A stretch of DNA of 62,639 bases, counting the filler, from Chiloscyllium plagiosum (taxonomy: Eukaryota), in the NCBI RefSeq assembly GCF_004010195.1. It is 3 parts of one record of this genome, joined end to end, with 100 filler letters (N's around TTAATTAATTAA, not from the genome) between each part and the next. Parts side by side here need not be neighbours in the genome. Positions count along the whole stretch, not along the records: positions 1 to 29,886 come from NC_057712.1; 2 more parts are not named here. One strand, given 5' to 3'. The position numbers and the translations under genes were made by a program. The notes beneath the pieces are model-generated. The model saw only the letters and a list, made by a program, of their open reading frames with translations. It ran no database searches and was not told where the DNA came from. This document shows, one piece after another, positions 13,063-26,709 of the stretch. Within the stretch, counting starts at the first letter, position 1, and each line of letters begins with the position of its first letter.

Positions 13063-14965
13063 TCATAGAGTCATAGAGTCACACAGGATGGAAACAGAGC
13101 CTTCGGTCCAACTAGTCCATGCTAACCATAATCTCTGACTCAACAAGTCCCACCTGCCTGGTCCTAGTCCAAATCCCACCAAACCTTTCTTATTCATGTA
13201 CTTAAAGTCATAGAATCATAGAGATGTACAGCATAGAAACAAACCCATCAGTCCAACTTGTCTATGCCAACTAGATATCTGAAACTGATTTAATTCCATT
13301 TGCCAGCACTTGGCCCATATCCCTCTAAACCCTTCCTATTCATATGCCCATCCAGATGTTTTTTAAATGCAATTGTACCAGCCTGTACCACTTCCTCTGG
13401 CAACTCATTCCATATACACACTACGCTCTGTATGAAAAAGTTGCCTCTTTTGTCCCTTTTAAATCTTTTCCCCCCTCACCCTGAACATATGCCCTCTAGT
13501 TTTGGACTCCCCCACCCCAGAGAAAAGACTTTGTCTATTTATCCTATCCATTCCCCTCATGATTTTATAAACCATTATAAGGTCACCCCTCAGCCTCCAA
13601 CGCTCCAGGGAAAACAGCTCCAGCTTATTCAGCCTCTCCCTATAGCTCAAATTCTCCAACCCTGGCAACATCCTTGTAAATCTTTACTGAACCTTTTCAA
13701 GTTTCACAACAGCTTTCCAATAGGAAGGAGACCAGAATTGCACACAATATTACAAAAGTGGCCTAACCAATGTCCTGTACAGCCGCAATATGACCTTCCA
13801 ACTCTTATACTCAGTGCTCTGACCAATAAAGGAAAGCATATCAAATGCCTTCTTCACTATCCTATCCACCTGTGACTCTACTTTAAGGAAAAATGAATCT
13901 GCACTCCAAGGTCTCTTTGTTCAACAACCACTAAGGATATAAGTCCTGCTGAGATTTGCTTTCCCAAAATGCAGCACATCGCATTTATCTAAATTAAACT
14001 CCATCTGCCATGCCTCAGCCCATTGGTGCATCTAGTCAAGATCCTGTTGTAATCTGAGGTAACCTTCTTCGCTGTCTACTGCACCTCCAATTTTGGTGTC
14101 ATCTGCAAACTTACTAACCATACCTCCTACGTTCACATCTAAATCATTTATATAAATGACAAAAAGCTGTGGACCCAGCACCAATCCTTGTGGTACAGCA
14201 TTGGCCACAGGCCTCCAGTGTGAAATGCAACCCTCCACCACCACCCTCTGTCTTCTACCTTTGAGCCAGTTCTGTACCCAAATAGCTAGACCCCCCCAGT
14301 ATTCCATGTGATCTAATCATGCTAACTAGTTTCCTATGAGGAACCTTCTCGAACGCCTTACTGAAGTCCACATAGATCACATCTACCACTCTGCCCTCAT
14401 CAATCCTTTTTGTTGCTTCTTCCAAAAACTCAATCAAGTTCATGAGACATGATTTCCCACACATAAAGCCATGCTGATTATCCCTAATCAGTCCTTGTCC
14501 CTCCAAATACATATGAATCCTGTCCCTCGGGATTCCCTCCAACAACTTGCCAAGTGCCGATGTCAGGCTCACTGGTCTATAGTTCCCTGGCTTTCCCTTA
14601 CCACCTTTCTTAAATAGTGGCACCACATTAGCTAACTTCCAGTCTTCTGGCACCTCACCTGTGACTATCAATGATGCAAATATCTCAGCAAGAGGCCTAG
14701 CAATCATTTCCCTAGTTTCCCACAGAGTTCTAGGGTACACCTGATCAGGTCCTGGGGATTTATCCACTTTTATGCTTTTCAAAACATCCAACATCTCCGC
14801 CTCTGTAATATAGACATTTTTCAAGATGTCACCATCTATTTACTTATCCAAATGTCTTTAAACATTATCTTTGCACGTACATCCACCACTTCCTCAGAGA
14901 TTCTTTCCGCATGCAAACCACCCTCTGTGTAAAAAGTGTGCCCCTCACATCTTTTTTCAATCTCT
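13063..14965 (-). mobile_element. CR1 LINE (13207-~14840) nested in a second CR1 3' end
   Basis: KSPGPDQVYPRTLWE, GNYRPVSLTS, DFSKAFEKVPH, SKFADDTK, RLRGDLI. (CTCTATGA)n-type tails at 13063 and 13207. Confidence 0.88.
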
Positions 14966-15294
14966 TTTGTTGCAAGAGTTGGTCTTTCTGTTTTAATTTC
15001 AGATTTCCAGCATTTGCAGTACTTGCTTTAAACAACATTTACTGCCACTTCTCCTGCCCATGAGCCCACCTTGAGGAAATTATGTTTTTCTCTCTGACAG
15101 GACTTTTGTTTGAACATTTCAATTTTTTTCACTTTCATTCTTTTCTATTTCCCTTCTAGTGTTTGATAATCTGCTTACTAAAACTTGCTTTCACAGCCAT
15201 ATCGCCTTCCTCAGCAATTGCCTCTGGCTCTGACTGACCCCACATGAAGACTATATTTCCAATCCAGCTGGGATTACATATCTTCATGACATTT

Positions 15295-15467
15295 TCATTG
15301 GAGACATTTAAGCGACTGCTGGACATGCACATGGATAGCAGTGAATGGAGGGGTGCGTAGGTTAAGTTACTATATTTGACATTAGGATTAAATCTCGGCA
15401 CAACATCGTGGGCCAAAGGGCCTGTTCTGCGCTGTACTTTTCTATGTTCCATGTTCTATGTTCTATG
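15295..15467 (+). mobile_element. CR1 3' UTR fragment
   Basis: GGGCCAAAGGGCCTGTTCTGCGCTGTA followed by a (TTCTATG)n tail. Confidence 0.75.
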
Positions 15468-15479
15468 ACATACAGCCAT

Positions 15480-17655
15480 CCTCAGGCAGCGGCTCTAGCC
15501 ACACCATGCTATTCACATTCAGTTCCATGAGTCACCACATACACACTCTGACCGCATTCTCTATCAGCACCATCTTATGCTACCTAAAAGAAGCCCTGAT
15601 CCCCAATTCCATTCCATTCTTTGCCTCATTCAATACCTTAAGAAGAAGCTAATTTTCTTCTTTTCAGGTGTTAAAGAATGCAAGTTCCGACAACTTGTAA
15701 TGGTGATATCCCAGGAGCCTTCCTTTTATAGAACTCCTACAATGTGGAAGCAGACCATTTGGCACATCGACTCCATACCGACCCTCTGAAAAACATTCCA
15801 CCTAGACCTACCCCATCCCTGTCACCCTGCATTGCCCATGGCCAATCTATCTAACCTGCACATCTTTCCTCTGACTGCATCTCTTCTCATAATCCACCTC
15901 TTGATGTGTACTCACTGTACCCCCTGACCTTCTACTGTCTGATCTGGGCTCAACAAAAACCTCAATCTTATTGTGTTACATCTGCACCTCAATACCCTTT
16001 GGGCATGGTATATTGTTGAACACGGCAGAAGTGGGTGCTGCAGATGCTGGAGATTAGAGTCAAGGTTAGAGTGGTGCTGGAAAAGCACGGCAGGTCAGGC
16101 AGCATCTGAGGAGCAGGAAAATGTTTTGGGCAAAAGCCCTTCATCAAAAATATTGTTGAACATTTCTACCAGTGCCAGCACCTCCGTGCCAATGTCTTTG
16201 AACATGAGTCCTCTCTCCACCCTGGTCTCTTTCATCCATCTCCATTACTCTTCCTTCACCTCTGCCATCTTGCCTATACTCAATCACCTCATCAAAAACT
16301 GTCATTGCTACATTGGTCACTTTAATTTCTTTGCTCCTGTCATCCACGATAACCTGCCTTTGATTCAACTTACTGCTTTCAGAACTCTGATATCTAGCCC
16401 TGACCTTGATATCATCCATTGACAAGGACAGTGCTGTTGTTGTCTGGAGTGCTGATGTCTGCTTTGCTGGAGCTTAATGGCAAGTCTCACTTACTTCCTT
16501 TTATCTCCTTCTGGACCAAGACGCCAGCATTGAACATCAAGCTGTTATTTCTATGACTGTCACTGACCTTATCTCCTCTGGGGAGCTCCTCTGTACAGTT
16601 TCCCACCTCATAGTCCCCCAACTGTGCATATCTTTCTCCTACCTCCTTCCCAAAATCCACAAGCAGGACTGTTCCAGCATGCTCATTGTTTCAGCCTGTT
16701 CCTGCCCCAAAAGAATTTTTATTTTTTTCTACCTTGACTCTTTTTTTTCCTCCCACTATCCACTTAAAAGTGTGATTCTCCTGATACTTTTACTTCAGTT
16801 CCATAATTCCTAGTTTCCTCACCTCAATAATCTCTTCTTAGCAATGGATGTGTAATTTCCCCTCACATCCATTCCCCATCAGAAGCTTATGAAAGCCTCT
16901 ACTTCTTCCTTGAGAAGGGCCTGAATAATCTCTATCAAGGGTGTGGTCATGGCTACCCACATTGTCCAGTTATAGCGAGTTTTGAGAAGATTTGTAGCTC
17001 AGGTTGAGGTTCTGTATGCAGGTTCGCTCGCTGAGCTGGGAGGTTCATTTCCAGACGTTTTGTCACCCTACTAGGTAACATCTTCTGTAGATCTCAGGCG
17101 AAGCAGTGTACATGATTTCTGCTTTCTATCACCCTCGCCTCCCAGCTGTTTGTCGTATCAATATGCCATTTGGCTCACATGCTAAGATTCTGAGTTAGGC
17201 CTGCTGCAATGCCTCTGTAACACACAATGCAAACTGGAGGCACAGCACTTCATTTTCCATTTGGGCACATTACAGCCTTTAGGACTTGTCATTGTGTTCA
17301 ACAACTTCAGATTAAGGTTCACAATTGTGAATAAATACACCCCCTAACCCCAATGTTTTCTTTGCCTGGGTTAGGTCTCAACAGCCATTTGTACAATTCG
17401 AACCTACTATTAACATTTATTTAACATCTTTATTCCCTCTCTACTTCCATTACTACTCTTTTATTTGCTGTGGCATCGTCACCTCTGTTCCATTCAGTCC
17501 TCGTCCCCCCCCCCAGTCAACAGCATAAAAGCTACTATTTTACTGCCTCCTACAGTTCCAAAGAAGAGTCATATTGTATTTGAATTGTTAACTTTTTTTT
17601 TTCTCTTTACAGATGCTGTTAGATCTGTTAAGATATTGTAGTATTTTCTGCCTAT
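15480..17655 (+). mobile_element. Ancient decayed PLE RT/EN region with nested HE1-like fragment (~15725-15868), PLE mini-insertion (16023-16149) and family F pLTR (~16975-17130)
   Basis: YLLPKIHKQDC...IVSACSCP (PLE RT motif). TSD ATATTGTTGAACA at 16010-16022 and 16150-16162. Confidence 0.6.
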
Positions 17656-17699
17656 AAGTCACATGGATTGGTTTATTGTCCTCATTAACAGTAACTACA

Positions 17700-20130
17700 T
17701 TGTTGTGTGGGGCATGCAGGAAGAATTAATGGTACATTGTAAGAAATTGATAGAAATAATCATAGTTGATTTTAAACGAACCATAGTTTGGACAAATAGG
17801 ATCAGCAAAGATAGTCTTAAAGATTGATTCATTGATTGTTTGGGGATGGTTTCTTATGACAGAGCATTTTCTGAAGACAACAAAAAGGAATACTCTTCTA
17901 GGTTTGATTGTGTGCAGTAAGATAGGATTAATTAATGACCTCATCATATAGGAGTCTCTAGGTAGCGGTATTCATAACATGATTGAATTTCACATTCAGT
18001 TTGAGGGAGAGAAGAATTCATCTAAGACTAGTGTTTTAAACTTAACTAAAGGATTATGAAGTAAAAACTGGTTAAAGTGAACTGGGCAATTAAGTTAAAT
18101 GGTTGTTCAGCAGAAATGTGGCAGCACACACTTAAGGAGCTATTCCATAACACTTGGAAAAGATACATCCATTGAAAAAGAAACACTCTGGGAAATGCCT
18201 GATTTATCAAAGTTAAAAATCACACAACACCAGGTTATAGTCCAACAGGTTTATTTGGAAGTACTAGCTTTCAGAGCACTACTCCTTTATCAGATCCACA
18301 ACCACCATAAACCTGTCCAACTATTACATGGTGTTGTGTGATTTTTAACTTTGTCCACCCCAGTCCAACACCAGCTCCTCGACATTATGATTTATCAATG
18401 ACTAACTAAATAGTTTAAAGATAGTAACAACTTGAGATGAAGAACATACAGTTCTGCAAAGATTGTAGGTCAAAAGATTGGATAGATGTTTTTTTTAAAA
18501 GGGAATGAATAAAAAGATAGAGGAAGAGATTGGAAGGTGAGTGAAATCTGGCTAGAAATACTCTTTCATAATGGCAAGAATTCCTACAAATGTTTATAAT
18601 GAGGAAAAGTAACCAAAGTAAGCATCAGTCTTCTAGGTAGTCAGTCTGTAGAATAACAAAATAATTGTGTTTGTTTTCACTTTAATAGATACAGACAACA
18701 TTTCAGAAATACTCATAATTTAAACAAGTAAAGGTCGGAGTGGAACTTATCACAAGTACAGAAAAAGTGCTGAAAATAAAATTGAATTGAAAGTTAACAA
18801 GTTCCCAGAACCTGATAGATATCATCCCAGTGGCTTAAAATAAGTGGCTGTAGAGATAACAGATGTGTTGGTTTAATTTGCCAAAATTCCTTAGATTCTG
18901 GAAAGGTTTGATCAGCTTGGAAAATAGTGAGTCTAACTCCCCTGTTGAAGAAAATAAAGCAGGTAACTATTGGCTGATTGATCTCACATCTGTTATAGGG
19001 GGAATGCTAAAATTTTATTCAATGAGGTTGTAGTGTTGCACTTAGAAACTCTTAATGCAATTAGGCTCAGTCAATATAACTTTGTGGAAGGGCTATCATG
19101 TGTGGCTAATTTATTCGAGTTCTTCGAGGAACTAAAAAAGCAACGTGGTTTAAAAGGAACCTCGAGATGTGTGTTCTTGGATTTCCAAAAGGTGTTTGAT
19201 TAGGTTTTATATCAGTGATTACCAAACAAAATAAAATCTCTTGATGTAGTTGGTAACATTAGTGTAAATAGAGGATTAATGAATGAACAGGAAGCTAAAA
19301 TTCATGGTGGGCCAAAGGGCATGTTCCTACGCTGTACTGTTCTCGAAAGCAAAAAGCAGAAAATAGGGAATATTGGAACATTGTAACTAATCAGGTGCCT
19401 CAGATATAAGGTAGTTAATGCAACTGTTTACAGTCTATATAAATGACTTAGAAGAAGGGACTGTGACAGAAAGATAGGCAGAAGAATAAGTTGTGAAAAT
19501 GTAGGGACTCTGCAAAAGATTATAGATACGTTAGTGGGCAAAACTTTGACAAATAGGTTAACTGTATGAAAACTATTGACAAAAAGAATTGAAAAACAGT
19601 ATGTTATTCTCATGGTGAGAAATCGGGGAACTCTGGGACAGAGGGACTCAGTATACCAGTAAACGAATCACAAAAATGTTAGTATGCAGGTACAACAAAT
19701 ATTAATTAGGCAAATATAATGTTGTCATTTATTGCAAGGGGAATAGAAAACAATTTTAAAAACAGTTATTTTCCTATGATTGCTCCGATTATTCATGAGA
19801 GCATGCTTGGAGTACTTCACACAACTTTGGCTTCTTACTGAAGAAAGAATATAATTGCACTGGAAGCCATTCAAATGCTAAGGTTCACTTGACTAAATCC
19901 TAGGATGACATGGTTAATTATAAAGAATGGCTTGACATGTTGGACGTATATTTATTGGAATTTACAACTTTTTCTCTCAAATGGTAGAATTCTCTTTTGT
20001 CAAGATGGTGGAAGCAGTCATTTGTTCTTTTTGAGACTGCAGGAGATGGATTCTTGATTTACAAGGGAGCAAAAGAGTCAAACTGTCAGGACAGTCCTGT
20101 CGAGACCAAAATCAAATCAACCATGATCTT
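17700..20130 (+). mobile_element. Highly decayed near-full CR1 ORF2 with a family A PLE hairpin at 18211-18387
   Basis: Degenerate APE to RT to 3' end motifs, e.g. GATTTCCAAAAGGTGTTTGAT. TSD TGATTTATCAA at 18200-18210 and 18388-18398. Confidence 0.6.
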
Positions 20131-20272
20131 ATCAAATAACTTCAAGCATGTGAAATTTCAGTTATGAGGAACATTGGAATGGTTGGTACTGTTCTTCTTG
20201 GAGAGAAGAAGGCAAAGAGGAGGTCTGAGAGGGGAGTTCAAAGTCATAGGAGGCTGGATAATGTTGACAGGG

Positions 20273-20443
20273 TTGAGAGTGTAGTGCTGGAAAAGCACAG
20301 CAGGTCAGGCAGCATCCGAGGAAGGGCTGATGAAGGGCTTATGCCCGAAACATCGATTCTCCTGCTCTTCAGATGCTGCCTGAACTGCTGTGCTTTTCCA
20401 GCACTACACTCTCGACTCTGCATCTACAGTCCTCACTTTCACC
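20273..20443. mobile_element. Hairpin PLE family B mini-insertion in a decayed CR1 3' end
   Basis: TSD TAATGTTG(A/G)CAGGG at 20259-20272 and 20444-20457. Core CTGATGAAGGGCTTATGCCCGAAAC at 20327-20351. Confidence 0.82.
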
Positions 20444-21297
20444 TAATGTTGGCAGGGAGAAAGTATTCCCACTGCAAAAGGATCAAGAAGAACAGGGCAC
20501 AGATTTAATGAAGTGGAAGTGAGATGAGAAAACAATTAATCACACAATACTTGTTTGGGACTGGAATGTGCTGCCTGTAAGTATGGTGAAGGCAGGTTCA
20601 ATTGCAGCATTCAAGAGGCCTTTAGATGATTATTAAAATTGAAACAATGTGCAAGGCTATAAGGAAGAGACAGGAGAATGGCACTAAGTTATGAAGCTCG
20701 TTTGGAGAGTAGTACAGAAACAATAGGCTGTCTGTCCTCTTCCTACACTGTAACATTCCTGTGATTCTATAGTAGAGTAGGCTTAAGGGGTAAAATGATA
20801 TATTCCTGTTCTTAATTTATTTATTTGTAGGTCTGGCTTTGGAACAGTAGCCTTTGTCAAACAGTTGGCATGCACATAATTTGGCTGCTCTAAAAGTAAA
20901 TCATATGCAGAGCAATGGATTCTTAAATGTTGCAGTAGCCTTAAGTCTGGGCTTTGCAATCTTCTTATGCTTTCCTGACTTCTTTTTTCAAGTACTTTGT
21001 GCAGATGATACTGATGATGCTGTGGAAAGGAGGTACTGAACACGGACAAATTTGTAATTGGCATTGCTAAGAAAGTGAATAGAAGAGGAAACAATGCATG
21101 AAAAATCTAAATTTTTTCATGCTAATTACCAGAACTCAGAAATGTAGCAAGTTCAGTGCCTCCAAGTAGAGTGAACTCAGAAGAGAAACTCAGCAACATT
21201 CAACTTTTTCTTTCTGAAATTGCCAGCAGCTGTACATAGTACAAACTTGGATTACTCACAGCCTATATGCTGAGCTTGATTCTAATCATTCTTTTTT

Positions 21298-21517
21298 GGA
21301 GTTGGTTAGCTCAGTTGGCTGGATGCCTGGTTTGCAATACAGAGTCATGCTGACAGTGTCAATTCCCACGCCACCTGAGGTTATCATGAAGCATTCTCTT
21401 TCTCAGCCTCTGCCCTTGCTTGAGGCATGCTGATCCACAGGTTAATCCATCAGCTATCTCTTTCTCTAATGAGAGAACAGCCTTATGCATTGCTAAGACT
21501 ATTGCTGACTTTACTTT
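21298..21517 (+). mobile_element. tRNA-derived SINE (second family)
   Basis: A-box TAGCTCAGTTGG, decayed B-box, tail GACTTTACTTT. Related to 28195-28420. Confidence 0.55.
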
Positions 21518-22789
21518 TAAACAATATTTAGTTATTTACATATTTCATCGAATTCTAGTTGAGCAAAATAAAAGTTCTCAAACTTTGTATCCAGTAGACA
21601 CACACTTTTCAATAGGAACCACATCCACGGAATTTTCTTTCCTTACATCTTAGACCAGGGATTATAAGACTAAAAGTAGCACAACTAGTGTTGATCCAGC
21701 TAACTCAATCCAGAGCAGACATTGAGAAATGCGGATCATCCAAGTACTTATGTTTAATTAGTTCTGTAAAGTGGAACTAATTAAATGCTTAACCTAGTGG
21801 TATTCATTGATCAGTTTGCAAGCTTTATGCACTGGTTAAACTTGTGCCACCACAAGTAATGTAGAGATTTAAATGTTTACTTCACAATTCTGTGATTTTG
21901 ATTGATGTGTTGGACGGAGCTATCTGATCAGTGGAAAGGTGTTTAAGATTCTTTACTGTTTAACTTCAACTTTCGAAACTAAATGTGGACATCAGCAGCA
22001 GTCAGAATTTAAATAATATACTACTCACTTGAAAATTTCATTAGGGCCTAAACCTAATCATAACAGCGGTTGCTTAATAGAGAAACAAATGCTGGTTACT
22101 TACATTAAGAAGCCGTAATTTTAAGCCCTCAATTAGATCTAATTGTTTCATCAAAGCCTTCACTTTTGAGTGTATAATCCCTTTAAGCATGAAGATGAGA
22201 CATATGGGAGTATGGACATCTATCAAACTAGTGTTACTGCACTGACCTTATGAATCCTCCTCAGAGAACACTGATGTAGGAATAGAAATAGCAGTGTTTT
22301 ACATTGTCAGCATAGGGGCATTTAGAGTGGAAGTTAGTCCAGGCGAGGGGGGTCCAGATAGCAGAGCTGGAAGTTAGAGTTCTCTTAGTCTAAAGGAAGG
22401 GCTGAGTGACTGCTATCACCCACCTGAAGGCCAATTCAGAAGAGTGATGCACGAGGCCCATCAAATTACATGGCATGGTTGGGCCCTTTCAATGGTGTTG
22501 TTGACAATATTGCTCCAAAGCTTGCAGCTACTTTCCTCATATATCCAGCAATCAGATCTCTATGAACAAAATGAAGGCTAACTTCAAACAGAGAGCATAC
22601 CAGGATGCAGTAAGATTACTCTAAAAAGATGATAGGTGACTGCATTCTATAATGCATAGTTCTGTGGATCTTGAATAATTTTTTAAACATTTCTTACAAA
22701 ACAAGCTCCAATGTCAAAGAAGCCGGACCGCACTGAAGGTGACAAAAAAGCTCCTTTTATTTGATGTTCCAATCTGTGCCCATAAAGTT

Positions 22790-23505
22790 TTGATTTGATT
22801 TACTATTGTCATGCATCGAGATTCAGTGAAAGGTATTATATTGCGTGCTAACCAGACAAATCATACCTTACATAAGTATATCAGGATAATAGAATAGAAC
22901 GTAGAATGTAATGTTACAGCTACAGAGAACATGCAGTGAAAAGTAAACTCTGGTAGATGAGAGGTACATTCATAAGTCTGATAACAGCAGGGAACAAGCT
23001 GTTCTTAAACCTTTTAGTGCATGTTTCCATCCTGCCTGATGGAAGAGGTTGGAACAGAGTATATCTGGCATGGGAGGGGTCTTTGATTATGTTGGTTGCT
23101 TTCCCAAGGTAGCAGGATATGTAGACAGAGTCAATGGATGGAAGGCTGGTTTTCATGAAGGACTGGGCTGCGTTCACATCTCCCTGTAACTTCTTGCAAT
23201 CTTGAGCTGAGCACTTGTCATACCAAGCTGTGATGCATCTGGATAGGATGCTTTCTATGGTGCATCTGTAAAAATTGGAAAGGATCATTGCAGACATGCT
23301 GAATTTCCTTAGCTTTTTGAGAAAGTAGAGGCATTTGTGTACTTTATTTAATGTGCTATTGAAATGGCTGTACCAGTATAGATCATTAGTGATAGTTACT
23401 TCTAGGAACTTGAAGCTCTTGACCATCTTCATCTCAGCACCAGCAATATAGATAGAGATGTGTCCTCTCAGCTTCATGACCAGTTGTTTCATTTGCTGAC
23501 ATTGA
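22790..23505 (-). mobile_element. Rex1/Babar LINE 3' end
   Basis: SFKFLEVTITNDLYW, NFYRCTIESILSRCITAWY, IIKDPSH, RFKNSLFPAVIRLMN. Confidence 0.85.
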
Positions 23506-23544
23506 GGCAGTTCAAAGTTTAAAAAACACACAATACCAAGTTGT

Positions 23545-24100
23545 ATACCATATTTTGTTGAACTGCTGCATTCCCATTGCTGTACATACACCAATTGCAC
23601 TGTTAGAGAATTCCTGGATTCTGACTGACCACAGTGAAGGAAGCCATGGTTTGGAGGTGCTGGTGTTGGACTGGGGTGGACAAAGTTAAAAATCACACAA
23701 CATCAGGTTATAGTTCAACAGATTTATTTGGAAGCACTAGCTTTCGAAGCACTGCTCCTTCATTAGGTAACTAGTGGGGCACGATCATAGAATACGGAAT
23801 TTAAAGTAAAAGATCAAAGTGTTATACAACTGATGAGGTATATTGAACAAACCTAGATTACTGTTAATCAACCACCTATTGGAGGAGCAGTGCTCCGAAA
23901 GCTAATGCTTCCAAATAAACCTGTTGAATTATAACCTGATGTTATGTGATTTTTAACTTTGTCCACCCCAATCCAGCACCAGCACCTCCAAATCATGGCT
24001 TCCTTCACTGTGGTTGGGTCAGGATCTAGGAATTCTCTAGCAGTGAGGTTGGTGTACGTACAGCAACGGGATTGCAGCAGTTCAACAAAATGGTATACCA
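23545..24100. repeat. Fold-back inverted repeat: family A PLE arms plus ~100 bp of duplicated flanking LINE DNA
   Basis: 23545-~23765 is a diverged reverse complement of ~23880-24100. Confidence 0.85.
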
Positions 24101-26289
24101 TCATCTTCTGACAGGCAATAGGTGATGATCAATCCTTGCTGTTTTTGCGAGAGACCCTCACATTGCAAGAATAAATATAAAAATACCTATGTAAACATGA
24201 ACATCATATCGTTAAGTAAGATTGAACTTCCAAAATAATCCATGCTTATGCTTGAATTCTACATAAACAGTAGTTTGAACGCTCAATATGTTTAACCAAT
24301 ACAAAGAACCAATCAGCAAAGCCAGCAGAAATTTGAATTACAAAACTAAAGCAATAGAATATAAGACATAGAAAGCAATAATTAAATTTAGTCATTGCTA
24401 AATTACACCTGGAACAATACATTCAGTGGTGATTGCTAAGAAGCAAGAGAGACCTCATTTCATATACCAGCTCCACAACTACACTGAATTCTGAAACCAT
24501 AAGGAGGTCTTTCCCCTCAAACATTTCCGACAGCTGCATAAGACTCTCCTCAGACCACAAAATCTGCCTCCTCAAACCACACTCACAAAGCTCACATCTA
24601 ACTCCAGAAAAGGTGGAAACAAAGCAACATTTTTAAAGGAATTCTCTCAGCTTTCAGAACCATTAATTACATCCAAAAAATTACTGTAATGACTCACACT
24701 TCTTATTTTTAGACAATTGTGTCCAAGATTAACTTAAATTTTCCAAAGGCCTTGTTAATTTGGGACAATTCATAGCCAAAATATATGCATCATTTAACAT
24801 TATGCACGGTTTAGTTTTATTTCATTTTATTTGTTTTGGAGTCAATTCTTTTCTATGATTTGATAAATGCAGCTCATAAAATGTAGCATAATGATTTGAA
24901 ATGTTAATTCATTATTTTTCTAAGATATTATTAAAGCATCTCCAGCCTGCAATAATTAGTCTAAAAGCTGAGCTACCAGCTGGTTTGCGTTTATTACCTT
25001 ATAATTCATTTTTTTCATAATCTGAATTTGTAACAGCTTTAATTTTACTGCTTGTTAACTTATATTGAAATAAGTATCTTTAAACAGACACAATTTAAAT
25101 ATTTAATCAGAATAAAATGAAAGTATCTAAGTCCAAAAGTTATGTTTAGAACTTAGGATGGATCCAAAACAAGCATTTCTCCAGTTAGTTTTACATTGTG
25201 GTGCTAAAATCTGTTTTGAATATTTGAAATAAATGATAAAGCAGCTTTTATTTTTGGGCAGCTATCTGTGCTTCCTCATAAAAATATCCTAGTACTCTCG
25301 TTAATATGCCTTGTATTCCAGGCAGTGTATACCACAAGAATTGGCCTTTGACTAAGTGGTTTTCTTCATGTATAAGGCAGAAGTAAAGCCGAAAATAAGT
25401 AACAGACCTCTTAGCAGCTGAAAAGAGACAATGAAAGGCCACATTTTAGGAATAGCAGCTTTGTCAGATCATGATTTCCAAGTCTGTATCTGACCTATTA
25501 ACTTTTCTCTGAGCCATGAACTTCTGACTTCCTGCTTTAATTTCAGATTTGTAGCATTTGCTTTTGCTTCTGCCCAAGATATGATATATTTACAATGGAT
25601 TCAAAATAATTACATGCGAACTACAAAAACAATGATCCCACAGCATTTTAGTGTTTATCTTGTGGTGCTTGTGGATTGAGCAATAGATGCTGGCCTAGCC
25701 AGCAATGTCCATGGCCTATGAATAAGTGAAAAATAACTCACCTTTGCTGTATACAATCTTCTCATGTAAATGTATACACAAACAATCCAGGGGTTTGACT
25801 TGCTATGTTCTTATTGAATTGATTAACTGTGACTTCATGAGAAATTTCTCATGGTATGTCCAAAGATCCTGTTGAATTTCCTAAACGAATTCAATAAACA
25901 AAATACTCCGAGAGTATCAGATTTTTGCAAGGTATCAGTATATGTTCTGTCAGAATGTTTTTTCTTTTCTTTCAATGTGAAATTATGCATTTAAAGAGGA
26001 CAGAAGGTATTCTACTTGATGAGAATATTAGTCTTTGTTTGTAACATGATAAACAACAATTATCCGCAGATAATGTGTCAATACTGTTGGTGGTCTTTTT
26101 AAAAGGAGAAGGAGTGTTTGAGATATTGGAGAAAATGGAGTCTTACTGGTGTAATGGAATTCGTCCCACTGGCTTCTTTGTTCAAATTATGCACAGATTA
26201 ATTGTAGCAATTATTAATGCTTGTTTATTTGTTGAGTCACAATACTGTATAGAATTTACAGGAGAGCTCTATGTTCACATAGACAAGCA

Positions 26290-26595
26290 TTGCTTTTGTA
26301 AGATCCTGGGCATTACGTGGAGAGACAGTATCACCGATGAGGTACTGCTATAGAGGACTGATCAGGGCAGTTGAGAGCATTGTGACAAAGAGATGACTGA
26401 GACTGGCAGGACCTTATTTCACCTTCCGGTGTATATCCTTCCAGAGTGGTTGTGAGAAGGTGACATCATGGTGAACATGCTAAGAAGGACCTTGAAGCAG
26501 GGCACCATCTGGGCTAGGGTGAAAGAGATCGTGACAGAGAAAAGTCGTGACAAAACCTTACTGCCCATTTTCCAATCTGGAAGTGGAGATCTAAG
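26290..26595 (+). mobile_element. Decayed RTE-like LINE 3' end
   Basis: ILGITWRDSITDEVL followed by a degenerate RLRLAG-like segment and a TAAG-type tail. Confidence 0.45.
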
Positions 26596-26607
26596 TAAGT
26601 CTATATG

Positions 26608-26709
26608 TTAAAAATCACACAACACCAGGTTATAGTCAAACAGGTTTAATTGGAAGCACACTAGCTTTCAGAGCGCTGCTCCTTCATCAGGTAATTGTGA
26701 TCCAAATCA
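26608..26709 (-). mobile_element. PLE family A mini-insertion
   Basis: TSD TAAGTCTATATG at 26596-26607 and 26710-26721. Confidence 0.82.
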
